Shown here: positions 1 through 11,710 of the stretch, piece by piece
Position numbering within the stretch: position 1 is the first letter of the stretch
Layout: each line of letters opens with the position of its first letter
DNA from: Haliotis rufescens
Taxonomy: Eukaryota
Assembly: GCF_023055435.1 (NCBI RefSeq)
Contig: NW_025963868.1
Location: 19,902,001 to 19,966,000, forward strand
Direction: 5' to 3'
Length of the DNA stretch: 64,000 nucleotides
The notes under the pieces: generated by a model
The model's database searches: none
Told to the model about the DNA's origin: nothing
What the model saw: the letters and a program-made list of their open reading frames with translations, nothing else
Made by a program: the position numbers and the translations under genes

Positions 1-980
1 GATGCCAAAATACAGTCTATCCTTTTATAGGGCTCACAACTTTGGGGTTTTAAGTATTATGAACCAATAGAGAAAATACATTTATATGCATGTAAATATG
101 TTTTGAAGACAGGAATATACACTCCAAACTGTATGGTTTATGGCGAATGTGGAAGATATCCGATGTACATTAATGCATATTTTCGTTGTTTAAAATACTG
201 GTTTAAAGTTTTAGAAATGCACGAAGACCGCCTGCCTAGAAAAGCACACAAAATGATACTTAATCTGGACAATCATGGGTACACAACATGGGCATCAAAT
301 ATTCGTTATATGCTATTTTATCATGGTTTCGGTTATATGTAGTTGTATCAAGGTGTCGGTAATAAATAAGATTATTTCATAGAAAGTCACTAGATAGGTT
401 TCAGCAGGATTGGAGATCGACACTTGAAAACAGTTCAAGATATGTTATGTATAGATCATTTAAATCGTTGATTGAACCTGTATTGTATTTAAATATTATA
501 ACATGCAAATCTCTGCGCATAACATATTCAAGATTCCGTCTCGGACTGTCTGAAATAATGGACGACATCGTTCTATACCAAAGCAAATCAGATTGTGTCC
601 TTTCTGTCAAACTTGTATAGAGGATGAACTTCATATACTGCTTGTTTGTACTGTTTATACTGATTTAAGGGAAGCACATATTCCACAGAAATACCTGCGT
701 TTACCAAATTTGTAATCATGTAAATCTCTGTTGAATTCTAATGATTGAAAAATGTTTTTTAGGTTAGCACTTTTTGTTCATCATGCACTTTCTCGGCGCA
801 AAAATCTTATTGTATATTGAAGTCACTTCGTAAAATAATTGTGTACAACCACTTTGTAACATTGTCTCCACATATGTATTGTATGCAGTACATCTCTCTA
901 GTTGTTTTGTACTCACGGATATGTACTTTTTTTTGTATATGGACCGAAGGCCTAAAGTACGATAAAACCTCTTGATCTTG
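1..980 (+). mobile_element. 3' portion of a decayed non-LTR retrotransposon (RTE-X-like LINE): post-RT region, C-terminal CCHC motif, 3' UTR
   Basis: TPNCMVYGECGRYP...KYWFK...DRLPRK...WASNIR (103-342); CPFCQTCIEDELHILLVCTVY at ~594-660; ends in ATAAAA plus TCTTGA-TCTTGA tail at ~962-981; contains stops and frameshifts. Confidence 0.75.
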
Positions 981-2205
981 AACTGACTCAAATTTGAACA
1001 CAGGGCATTCAGGGCAGTAAGAACATTTGATGGTAGCATCACAAACAGAGCCTTCATGGTCTCGATCTCCACAACGATGACATACAACATGATTTCTGCA
1101 TGAAATGTGACCATGAGCAAACTGTTGGCATTTGAAGCAGCGGATAGGACGTGGTATGAACAAATCAATCTTCATAGCAAAGCAACCTACCTTTAAACGT
1201 TCTGACAGTTTAGGTGTATCAAACGTCAAGAGGTAAGTGTTGGAAGGTGAAATCTTTCTTTAACGTGAAACGTTTTGCTTCAATAACACCTTGATCTCTG
1301 AGCTCAGAAACAATGTCATCAACTGATAGATTTAAACTATGATGATGATCCCTTTGTTGAGTGATTTATGTGCATAACCTTTGATCCTGATATCTGCAAG
1401 TTTAGTGGATTCAAGAAGGGTAGCAGATTGTTTGTGAGATTTGCATACCACTAGAAGAGCGCCAAACGTCAATTTCGTTACATCAGAGACTTCCCCAACT
1501 TTACCTATTATTGCTTTTTCTAATAGAAAGGGTGAGTAAGATGTTAATTTGCGTTCTTCAGTGGCTTCAAGCACGATTAACTTGGGCCAAGTGTCTCTCT
1601 CTGAATAACACAATCGACCAACTGTTTCATCATCCGAGGAGTCAAGTTCACTTTCTGAATCAGAATGTGTTATTTGCGCCTTTTTTAGAATTTGTTTTGG
1701 GTGCCATGGTTAACAGAATAAGTTTCATCAATCCTGTTCCGCGCCCACCACGGAGCGACTATACTGGCGATGTTCAATGTCAATGGATCTCCAGCAGACA
1801 AACACCAAGAGGTTACAGGATAGATTTACTCCAGTAGGGAAACGCACTAGATTGGCTCATGAACCACCGCCTTCAAGAAATTCAAGTACAAAATCATTTG
1901 GCCAAGTCAACAACAGATCTCAACAGTTTTCATAAATATATATTTCTTTAGTTGAACAAACATGTGCAATATAATAGTAATGCACAGTGCTTGGCATGAC
2001 CAGCGGATTGATAGGACCGGCCCAAAGTGGGCGAAGTAAGGGTCGAAGTGGTGTATTGGCCAAAGGGATACTATTCCTGTAACCAGTGCCCTCAACCACC
2101 AGACTCGCGTCCTCCGCCGACCCAGGGGCGCAAGCCACGGCAAACGGGTTGCCCAATTCGGTCGCCTTTAACGACCAGCAATGGGGTGCTGAGGACACAG
2201 TTTAA
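981..2205 (-). mobile_element. 5' UTR and ORF1 (gag-like, CCHC zinc knuckles) of a decayed I/Nimb-clade LINE, interrupted at ~980
   Basis: WPKLIVLEATEERKLTSYSPFLLEKAI...GALLVVC (1332-1613) and FIPRPIRCFKCQQFAHGHISC...CHRCGDRDH (807-1229); likely ATG near 1707; GC-richer 5' UTR to ~2205. Confidence 0.8.
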
Positions 2206-2559
2206 TCTACCCCGGATCCCCATGGGGGTGGGGGGTCGTGGAAGAGGAGGAGGAGAGGTGTTGGTCACCAACTACCCAAGGTCCTAAGTAGTTTTTGTCA
2301 ACGAACTCGTGTGACAGATATTGCCAATGCAAAGCTGCAATCTGATTTGTCGCCAGGGCTACTATCAAGTTTTATAACAGGGTAAAGACGACTTCACCAT
2401 AGCTCCCATACCTTTACATAGACTTACGACAGTCGTCGCGCTAAGGTTGTTTTGTACAGGAACATTCCATGTTACGTCATCGCAAGGTATATCATACTTC
2501 ATGTATTTCAACAACTGTTATCTGTTTGGCGTCCGTCACAAGACGCACATGTAAATTTA

Positions 2560-2930
2560 CAGACTGATCAGTTTATTATTGGTGTAAACGAAAACTGTGA
2601 AACCTTCGCTGACTTTAAGGGGCGAAATTCAAAGACTGTTAGCGGCGTCGTTGACAGCAAATACACACCCAAATCTAGCAGGCAGATCTAACTAACCTTG
2701 TCTGCGTTGTGCCAATCTACGAGAAGTATTTATCACTCGCCAAACCTGGGCGATTCTACAAACGACCGATGTCAAGCAAGGGAGAAAACGGGTTTCGTCA
2801 CAGCCAGTTGGTGTTAACAAACTTTCTCAATATATTACTGACGTTTAAATCTGCATCTTTTGACTTCAAGAACCAGCAGGTGAATATCACAAACCAAAGA
2901 GGTAAAGTTACAAGTATAGTTCAGTCATTC
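2560..2930 (+). pseudogene. Degenerate Crypton/DUF3504-type tyrosine recombinase fragment
   Basis: FKGRNSKTVSG, IYEKYLS...FYKRP and ITNQRGKVTS align by eye with YTEDASKTNHGG, LFEKYRS, FYFTP and ANHSLRAT of the Crypton at 48.7-51.1 kb. Confidence 0.55.
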
Positions 2931-3273
2931 AACACGGAATGTGTGTGCAATCTGTCAATGATCTCTTATTGCGTGTAGGTAATATTCTGTTTAACCATGT
3001 TGTTTGTATAATGTTAAATTAAATGCTGACGAGTTTTCAACTCCAGTTTATGCCAGTAATATCACTCTCAGTCAGATGCGTCTGGATTCCCTGATTACTG
3101 ATTGATTGTTGATAGTTGTGTTCAGGTGTGTCTGTCAATACATGTCGTGAACGTGATCAAAGGCGGTGTCATAGATGTAAACATGTAAATGAACGAGTGA
3201 AGACCTTGTTTTTACGTTACACTGTATGTTACGACTGGGGGTTAGTTAATTTGGTTATACACTATGCGTGTGA

Positions 3274-3400
3274 AGGTCAAAGAGCCACCACAGTCAGTAT
3301 CCCAACGTGAACATTATCGAAGCTGGGCCAGGTGATTTCAGAGCAACGTCCCACGACGTCGGGTACGATGATGCAATCCCTTGTCGATTTACGCGCCTCA
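3274..3400 (+). pseudogene. Possible relic of a receptor cytoplasmic-tail exon with Tyr motifs
   Basis: Frame reads SQYPNV (3292-3309)...DVGYDDAIP; YDDA also occurs in the gene A tail relics; preceded by a stop. Confidence 0.3.
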
Positions 3401-3709
3401 CAGGGACCGACTATTTGCTATTCTCGGGGGAGGGGCTGGGATTTTGTATGGTGACTACATGTAGCTGCTTTTCTTAAGCTGCATCTGCAAAACCAGATAT
3501 TTTTTTTCACTAAAAACAACTTGCAACTATGTATTTGTTGTGCCCCCGACCCAGGATATCAAACGGTTGGTCCCTTGAGATCCGCAGAGAATACTGGATA
3601 CCTACTCTAACCCGGAAGTACCACCTCTGTGAAGAACATGATCAGGCTGAGGAATAAGGAGTTTTTCCATATTGCTAGATCGAATTCAAGGTCCATGATT
3701 TGCTTTGCC

Positions 3710-3813
3710 ATGTGTCAGATTGATTGTGACGGACTACTTTCCTGATTGTAATGCATTGATATGTGTCAGATTGATTATGACGGACTACTTTCCTGATTGT
3801 AAAGCATTGACAT
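3710..3813. repeat. 51-bp tandem duplication
   Basis: atgtgtcagattgatt(g/a)tgacggactactttcctgattgtaa(t/a)gcattga occurs twice. Confidence 0.9.
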
Positions 3814-4334
3814 GTTCCTCGTGCTTCAGTCGAATTCACCAACGTCTGTGTTGAAGCTTCGTAGTTTTAGAGTGTTAATAAAATAAATGTTCTTTGATCT
3901 TGTCTAGTTTGCATTTTCATCACCGCCTTGATAATCCATAGATATGGCGGAAACGCTTTTGGTGGAATGTTTGAAGGTGTCAGTAGTAAGCAAGCGTTAT
4001 GTGAATGTATTAGTAACATATGCATCGATTCCATGCTAAAATGGTGTGATTTCAAGGTGTGTAAGAAACCTAATACTGCATACGTGTTTATCATTGGTCT
4101 TACAACTCGTTGTTACAAAGCGTATCTAGGTTAATATGTAAGATAAACGGTATCCTGACAGACATTCGTCTAGTAATCTCTACATATCCGGTTGACCTAG
4201 CAGCTCAAGCTTACGACCACGACCTTACTATATGTGAACGTGGCATTGTCGGGCGTCTTGGTTTCTGCACGTGGAGACTCAGGTGCGGTTGTCCACTTAG
4301 AAACCTATTATGTGGGTATCGCCATTATGAAAAG

Positions 4335-5145
4335 ATGTGTTTTCTGCCAATGGTAAAACCTGGGAAGAGGTCTTACATTTTTACCAAAACCCTGGGATGA
4401 GGTTTTTGTAAATTTAGTAAAACCTCATCCCAGGGTCTTTGTCAAAAGGTAAGACCTCCATACCAGGTCTCGCCACTGAAAAAATACATTCCCGATACAC
4501 ACTGATTTGTTATCACAGGGTCTTAGTTAAAGGCACATACCCGGACATCTGCACAAAGACAACAGAAAACAACAGCCAGTAACATCCTTTAATGAAAGTT
4601 ATATGTAAAGTAGAGAGACCCTTTTTGGGATAGACCTTCCAGACTTGCCTCAGTCGATGAGTCTACAGAGGTACCTGCCGACGTACCTGCAGAAGCAGCT
4701 GTCTCAGTTGCGGAAGTAGTTGTCTCAGTCACTGAAGTTGGTGATAATCATAAAATATTGGTAAAGGACTGTCCTATACATTGAACTAAACTTACCAGGT
4801 TGTTCGCAAATCTGCTGCTCGCTTACTTCCAGGAATAGGTCTCCGCCTTCCTCCTCGCTCGACATCTCGAACTCAACTGAGAAAGACAACCACGTGCATC
4901 CGACGTGCACGGTTCGGGTTCTTTCTATACGCTTATCCTGGCAATAGCGAGGTAGTAAATCCCCGTTATAGTGCCCTAAATGGGAGACAATTAAATTTAC
5001 AGTAATTCGAAACGTTTAACGGTTTCTAAGCCGGATTAAACACTCCTCCTCGGTTTTGGTAGAGAATGTTAAACCTCGGGAGTCGGGAAATCCCTCCTCC
5101 CGAGGTTTTACATTCTCTACCAAAACCTCTGAGTCGTGTTTTCCC
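4335..5145 (-). mobile_element. Non-autonomous, internally deleted Crypton derivative with a two-exon 70-aa open frame (4865-4796, 4731-4589)
   Basis: 5' motif aaaaccgagg..gtgttt..atcc..ctta is shared with the 48.7-kb Crypton; MSSEEEGGDLFL resembles its N-terminus MDADDDNLFL; YFTYNFH* resembles its C-terminus TLNFNFN*; GT-AG intron; short repeats at the 3' end. Confidence 0.6.
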
Positions 5146-5281
5146 CATTACATAACACCTGTGTAAGAGTCACACTGTGCGCCCCGACAAGTGAGTTCTG
5201 TACACGTGTCACGCAGCCTTGTGCTGTATGTCACTCATACGTCGGTGTGGTATGTGCCGGGCGCAAGGTGCAGGTGCTTCC

Positions 5282-5855
5282 GTGAAGGATAAAACACGAC
5301 TCCGAGGTTATAATTGACCTCGTAAAACCTGAGGGAAGCAGTGATCAAGATAGTAAAACTGACGGCGTTAGCCCGATAATTTTCTAGCGAGGTCAGTGCT
5401 GTCTGAAGGGGTTACTGTGTCAACCAAAACCGAGGAGAAGTGTTTTTATCCGACTTATGAACCGTGGAAACAACCTTTATCAGTACTTAATTACGATTAT
5501 GCACGCAAGTGCGTTTCGACAGTCTAAAGAAGCGCTTATAAAATACATCATGCTGAGAAATATTCGCTGAACATGATACCTTCCCACGAACCACATATCT
5601 TCATCCAGTTCTGTGCTCTAGTGGTGAGAGTGCCTGACTACTGAACATGAGTTTGTGGGCTCATTTCTTGTCTTCGAATTTAGAGCGTCGGACGTTTGAC
5701 ACATGAAGTCCAAACTGCATCCGCTTCTTTTATTGTCAGGTCTTACCAGGAAAACGTAAAACCTCCTACACGGTCTGACTTGTAAAAAGTAAAGATTCAT
5801 ACCCGACCTGAGGTCTTACTAAGAAAAAGTAAAACCTCCTGAGAGGTTACACCAA
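5282..5855 (+). mobile_element. Second non-coding Crypton-like derivative, head-to-head with the previous one
   Basis: ggataaaacacgactccgagg and ccaaaaccgaggagaagtgtttttatccg are inverted matches to 5032-5145; aggtcttac/gtaaaacctc repeats at the far end resemble 4350-4470. Confidence 0.55.
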
Positions 5856-6209
5856 ACAAACCAACTAACGCCCAAATCAATAGTCAATATCTGTGACGGG
5901 TTTTGAAACTCCTGATCACCAACACAGGTTTGGCTACAAATGACTTTAAGTAACGACTGTGAGTTTTGATACAACACAGCACAGTCAGACTATCAGTCCA
6001 CAGTGCTGAACAGGAAGTACTAAACACAGCTAACTCCGGTCGAGGGATACTTTAAAGAAGAAAACCGACTTTTAGCTGCTACCAGCTGGCTTGAATTATT
6101 ACTGTTTTTGTAAGTGTTAACATAATACAACACTGCACAATATGCATCCTCGGATGCATGAACAAAAAAATGCAATTTTTGTTGTTGTAACATCAAGATT
6201 TAAATTGTA

Positions 6210-6560
6210 AACATCTGCGAAACCGTAACCCATCTAACTGAATTCTCTCTTTGAGCCACTGTGGTGCTTCATTTTTCAGATCATGCTCAAGCACACCATC
6301 CCAGTCCATGTCTGACAACCACAGTTTTTGCATGGTAAGTTTTGCCCTTATGAAGCATGGAAACAAGGGGGAGCAAACAATTTGGCTGTTTCTCCTTTAT
6401 CAGGTAAGCATATATTCCGAAATGTTGTGTTCATCATAATGGAAGTTGACATCCAAAAATTCTCTTCCTTACACTGATACTTCAACTAACTGTTTCTCTA
6501 AGAAACACTCTCTTCTGTCCAATAACCTAACCCCCCTGGAGCAAAGAAGCTGCTTAACTT
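6210..6560 (-). pseudogene. BEL/Pao LTR-retrotransposon pol fragment
   Basis: AKLF...AKLTMQKLWLSDMDWDGVL...QWLKE...LRFRRC resembles the Pao K..MQ.LW...DWD motif; 6393-6481 is re-duplicated at ~6790-6880. Confidence 0.6.
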
Positions 6561-6904
6561 GGGATACCATTATCTAACATGCATAACCAGCTGCAAACAA
6601 AAAGTGGATAACGTCCACGTCCACCTTATACCATATGATACCTAAATTCCACATAAAATTCTCTTTGTCTGTACAGAGGCATTCAGCGTCTGGTTATTCC
6701 ACGAAAGAGTTTAAGGATATACAACTCCTAAATACTTATTTGAAGAGAATTTATGGATGTCAGGAACATGTTTCGGAGTATAGTCTTACTCCTTTATCAG
6801 GTAAGTATATATTCCGAAATGTTGTGTTCATCATAATAAAGAAGTTGACATCCATAAATTCTCTTCCTTACACTGATACTGTCACTACTTTAACTACTGC
6901 TATT

Positions 6905-7137
6905 GCACCCGGGTTGGGACTCCTGGAAAAGAATAGGCCCCCAGCAAGCTACATGTATCCTGGTCGTAAGAGCCGACTTAATGGAGGGATCGGGTGGTTT
7001 GGTTGAATGCGTGTCATCGTATTCTAATTGCGAGGATCGATGCTCATAGAGTCAATCACTGGATTGTCAGGCGAATATTAAATTACTTACCGCCGTCATA
7101 TAGCTGTACTATTGCTGAATGCCGCGTTTAGCAACAA
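6905..7137 (+). mobile_element. SINE family 1 (Nin-like core), diverged copy
   Basis: gtcgtaagagccgact...gggatcgggtgg...gatcgatgctcat...ccgccgtcatatagctg. Confidence 0.8.
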
Positions 7138-7429
7138 AGAAATGTGTGAATTTTCATTTAACTGACATTCCTCTAAGCATACCCAAGACGCAAAAAGTAA
7201 AAACAGCAGCAGATGAAAGTAATACTGGCTAAACTTCATGAGATGGCTATGGGAGGGGTTTATTAGGCGTCAATAAATCTGTGACCTGTCAGGTGTTATA
7301 AGGGACACAAGAGTGGGTAGTCCACGATAAGTAAAAGACGAAGTAACGATGATGTTGTTGAAAATGTTAACTATAATACTACAATTTGCATTTCTTGGTC
7401 GTTCATTTGATTTTACTGGTGCACTTCAG

Positions 7430-8445
7430 CAGATCGTCCACATCGTCGTTGGAGAAGCAGCTGCAGTTGTTGTTGTCGCCGGCGTTCTGTATGTTAGGAG
7501 AAAAATGGATGGTGTTCGTTCAACAAGGATAAATTGGTCATTTACATTATCAGGCATACAATTTGATTCTTTGATTTAATATGCAATGTCCATAATGAAT
7601 GATTTACAGGATATATAAATGTGTATTCACAATTCGGGCGTCCACAGCAATTCCAGAAATACATTTTATGTCCTTTTGGAACGACTAACCTGAACGCAGG
7701 AACGAAAAAAATAGCCTCTTACAAAGGTATTTGTATTTCAAGTATAAGATCTTGGTAGGTTTAAATTGTTTGAAGTATGTATCATAACCCGTTCAAAGAA
7801 ATTCGACTGATGGTTTGCATAAAGGCCGTGTTTTTGTTGAAAGTTTCCTACATGTACATGGGCGGAATGTCTGTAGTTTTCAGTAAGTAAATATATTTGT
7901 TATTGAAACCTATGACAAAAATCGCAGTCCATACAAAATACAAGACTCTCTGCAATTCAATTTTGCATCATTTGATTTATTCACCTGAAACCCGAATCCA
8001 ACAATATGAAATGTTCTGTCGCTTGTTATGTTATGCAGTTTTATGCAAGAAATTCCTGATAGGATATTTTCGATTGTCTGCTAAAGATGCATGTCATATG
8101 TTAAATATTTGTCCTTATGATGTTTTAGAAACCTGGAGTTACAATACCACAACGATCTTGATAAAGTAAATGGTAGCTTCCTTAAATATATTCTGCTTTT
8201 GATCTGATGTTTCAAAACCAACAAATCATGCATATACTACAATTAACATACTCGGCATTGCACATATACGACCTACTTGAAGTTCTAAATCTTGTCTTTG
8301 CGAAGCACACATAACCACAATACAAACATCCAAGAACAAATGCATTCAGAGGAAATTTGTATATTTTCTAGTGGATAATGACATATACGTTGGTCACAGT
8401 TCATATGACGCCGATTCAAGAGAATGGTCTTCAGGCAAGTCACTG
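7430..8445 (+). pseudogene. Gene C: remnant paralogue of the TM receptors (TM-like segment 7430-7511, candidate exon 7610-7726, VDNDIY exon 8372-8434/8445)
   Basis: IVHIVVGEAAAVVVVAGVLYVRRK resembles the gene A TM; tttctag|TG GAT AAT GAC ATA TAC GTT GGT encodes VDNDIYVG, matching VDNVCYVG of gene B in the same phase. Confidence 0.55.
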
Positions 8446-8724
8446 GTAAGGTTCTCTGATCAAATTCTATTTACGATCCAGTCTCTGCAATTTGTGTGCT
8501 CCCCATATGAGGGTAATGAAGCGAAAACATGTAAAAATTTATAAGGTTACCATTTATTAGTGACATACAGCGCCTTTATGAATGTAGGTAAATGTCGGGG
8601 ATACTCGGAGGCTTCTCCTGTCCCTGAGATGATCTGAAAGTGATACCGGAAGCTAATATTAAAAGGGAGATAAATCCGACTTTCGTGTAAATGAGGGAGC
8701 ATATGTTGTGGCAGAAATATATCG

Positions 8725-8769
8725 CACACACGCACACGCACACGCACACGCACACAAACACACACACAC
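8725..8769. repeat. (CA)n/(CACACG)n microsatellite
   Basis: Directly visible. Confidence 0.95.
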
Positions 8770-9080
8770 GAAATCTGAGAAAAATGCATATATGATTGAA
8801 AATAAGAGATGTTATTATATATGTCAATTATGCAGACAAGTATTAAATGATGATAAAGTTTCATACACACCCCTATATAATGCGGATATATTTATACGCA
8901 CGCACACAAAACCATATATATGTAGTCGCATACACATAAGGTTAGTAGTAATAATTAAGTGAAGAATATCAAAACAATGAAATAAGTATGTGACGAAAAA
9001 ATGTGTATTGGTTACAAAAGCCTTCCCAATGTGCCAGAGGGGTTGTGAGTGGTGATAATCATTGTGAGTGGTGATAATCA

Positions 9081-11710
9081 TTACAATATCATGAAACTTG
9101 GACTTGACAAAATGTGCAGATCGCCTTTCTTCAGATCATCAAATAATATGAATGTGTACACTTTTTCTGGTTCGTTGTCATACACAATTATATTGTTATT
9201 GTGCCATTTTAAATAACCTGGTACTTGGGAAATGACCATCCCCATAAACCATTGTAAATTACCCTCCACATCCCATACATGATTCACCCTCTCTCCCACA
9301 AGAATACTCCTAGAGGAACCCTCACCAGTGTTGTTAGAAGCTGCCAGAGATATTAAACATTTTAGATTGTTAGTGAGAGTTGAAAGGTCAAATGTTTATT
9401 TTGTATTGTTTGAAAACTGTAAGAGAAGGGGATTTTCTGGTTTTTGTTTTAGAACATTATTTCGGAAACGAATTTGACACTTCAGTGCCTCCATACGCTC
9501 CTTCTTTGACCGATATTGATTAAAACGGTTGTCCACTTCACTGTGTATTTATGTATCATTATTGATTCTAGGTTGGCATCATGTTTACTTTGCTGTCTTT
9601 ATGTTTACGAGCAACTTCCTCTTGTTTGTGTTTGAGGGCATCCTGCTTTTGTTGCTGAATAATTAATTTGCGAAGTTAAAATTGGGTGAGGGATATTTTT
9701 GTAAGTTTTGAGGCATGGTTGAGGACATTCTGTTGGGAACCATGTGATAGAGTGACTATCCACTCATTACCCCTGTTGAAATTGAGAATTGATGTGTGAT
9801 TCCTGTGTGTAAACGGATGAAGATGGTTTGTGGTGCTTTATATAATGGAAACTGGAACTGACCAAATAGAGATTCCGTGAGTTTGTTGTGTTTTAAAAAC
9901 GAACTTCAATGTGGATGTGATTGTGAAGTTTTGTTCCAATGTATGCCTCCAGGGAGCTGATCTGCCAGAAGCCGCTGTAGAAGTGATGTGATGTATGGTG
10001 TGATATTCTCCAAGATGAGGTGGGTGGTGAGTCATTATTGCATGACGTTGTGAGCGCTTCAAGCACAGAATCAGGCTGATCTGTGAGTTTCAACACGTAT
10101 GGAAGAACCTCGACATCCCCTCTCATAAAACTTGGGAGCCGGGTAATAAGTGTGTCATATAAAATATTCATATCTAGGATTGTCCAGTCCTTGGGACCCG
10201 TGAGGATTCCGGGGTAGAATAGGTCTTCAGCAACCCATGCTTGCCGTAAAAGGCGACTCACGGGATCGGGTGGTCAGGCTCGCTGACTTGGTTGATGCAT
10301 GTCATCGATCCCAATTGCGTGGATCGATGCTCATGATATTAATCATTGGATTGTCTGGTCCAGACTCGACTATTAACAGACCGCCGTCATATCGCTGGAA
10401 TAGTGCTGAGTGCGGCGTTAAACAACAAACCAACCAACCAACCTGTCCTTGGCCTCAAGAATACGCCAAAGTGGATTCGTCAGCAACTTATCCAAGAGAC
10501 CAAGGGCACGACATCCGGATATGCAGAGCTCTGATGCCAATAATGTTGAAATGGATGTCAAAAGACGGTTCCTTGTTTCTGGAGTGAAACATGTATGTAA
10601 AAAATCTTTAAGGTCATCATATACATGGTACACTACAGCTGCATTGTGAAAGAGGATGTTAAAGTCGATTGCCACGAAAGTTGGTAAAATTCGTTTTCCT
10701 ACCTCTAGAAGTAAGAAATATGTTGACAGTTTCAAAGCAACCGCTTTTCTAAACCCCTCCTCTTGAAAAAGCTTTGCACGTCATGCGGACCAAGTCTATG
10801 ACAGATGATGTTTGAAGTTTGGTATTTTGATTCAAAAGTAGAGTGTTGGCGCATTGGTCTGCGATGTTCACAAAAAGATGAAGTCCACAAAAATAGTTGT
10901 CAATGTGGCCCATATCTACTTGTTTCTCCTGGGACAATGAATCCCACTCACTTTCAATGACAGGGAACACGTCTCTTTGTATTCTTGTAATGATACATTG
11001 AAAGCCTTCTCTGTGGCTGCGCTGTCTGACGTTGTATGTTTGATGTTAGCAATGATAGATGACCCTTTACCAGATATGACATTGACGTCATCAATGATTT
11101 CTTTCAGTGTGTCTACGGTTGCCTGCGCGGATTTGTTTGGAATTTCACGCATTCAAAGGATTGTTGGGTTTAGGTGCTGATTGGTAAGCACATACGTCTG
11201 ATATTGTTGTCCATGTTTGGATGTCTCGTCAGCGTACAGGGTGGTATGACTTTCCTTGTTGAAGGTAGCATCCATATGGGCATGGCTCAGGGGGCAATGT
11301 CATTGCTGCTATGTCAGCTACACAGGTTGGTGAGGGAAGGGCGTTTGCTTTTAATCCAACGAGATTAAATACGGTTTCATTACGTTATGGACGTGATCAT
11401 ACCCTACATTTCCCGAGAGAAGAGTCAAAACACACATCTTTGTGTCATTGCTATAGCTCTTACCGTTCTTTAAGGAAATCATGCCTCTGTGGAAAGTGAC
11501 ATCTTCGACATGTTTTCTTCACAAATAGTTTTCTCTATATCTTGTCGCAACTTACAGCAGTTTGTGCATTTCTGCGTAAAGGTCTGTGTTTGTTTACAAC
11601 TTTGTAAAGAACCTTTCACCTTTTCATTTGTTATTTCTTTTAGTTTCAAAAGTCTCTTTCGGTAAATACTTACTTGATTAGATTTACAAATAACTTGTGC
11701 CTTCATTTTC
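9081..11710 (-). mobile_element. Decayed hAT-like DDE transposase gene with a C-terminal Spindlin (Spin/Ssty)-like Tudor domain; element ends not resolved
   Basis: TLYADETSK (~11216-11242), TTSDSAATEKAFN, YFCGLH (CxxH), FNILFHNA, CRALGLLDKLLTNPLWR, LKCQIRFRNNVLKQ, then VGERVNHVW...WFMGMVISQVP...VYD...VYTFILFDDLKKGDLHIL (9081-9299). Confidence 0.75.
10196..10444 (+). mobile_element. SINE family 1, near-complete, inserted in the transposase
   Basis: Full consensus with (AACC)n tail; GTCCTTGG flanks both sides (10187-10194, 10445-10452). Confidence 0.9.
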
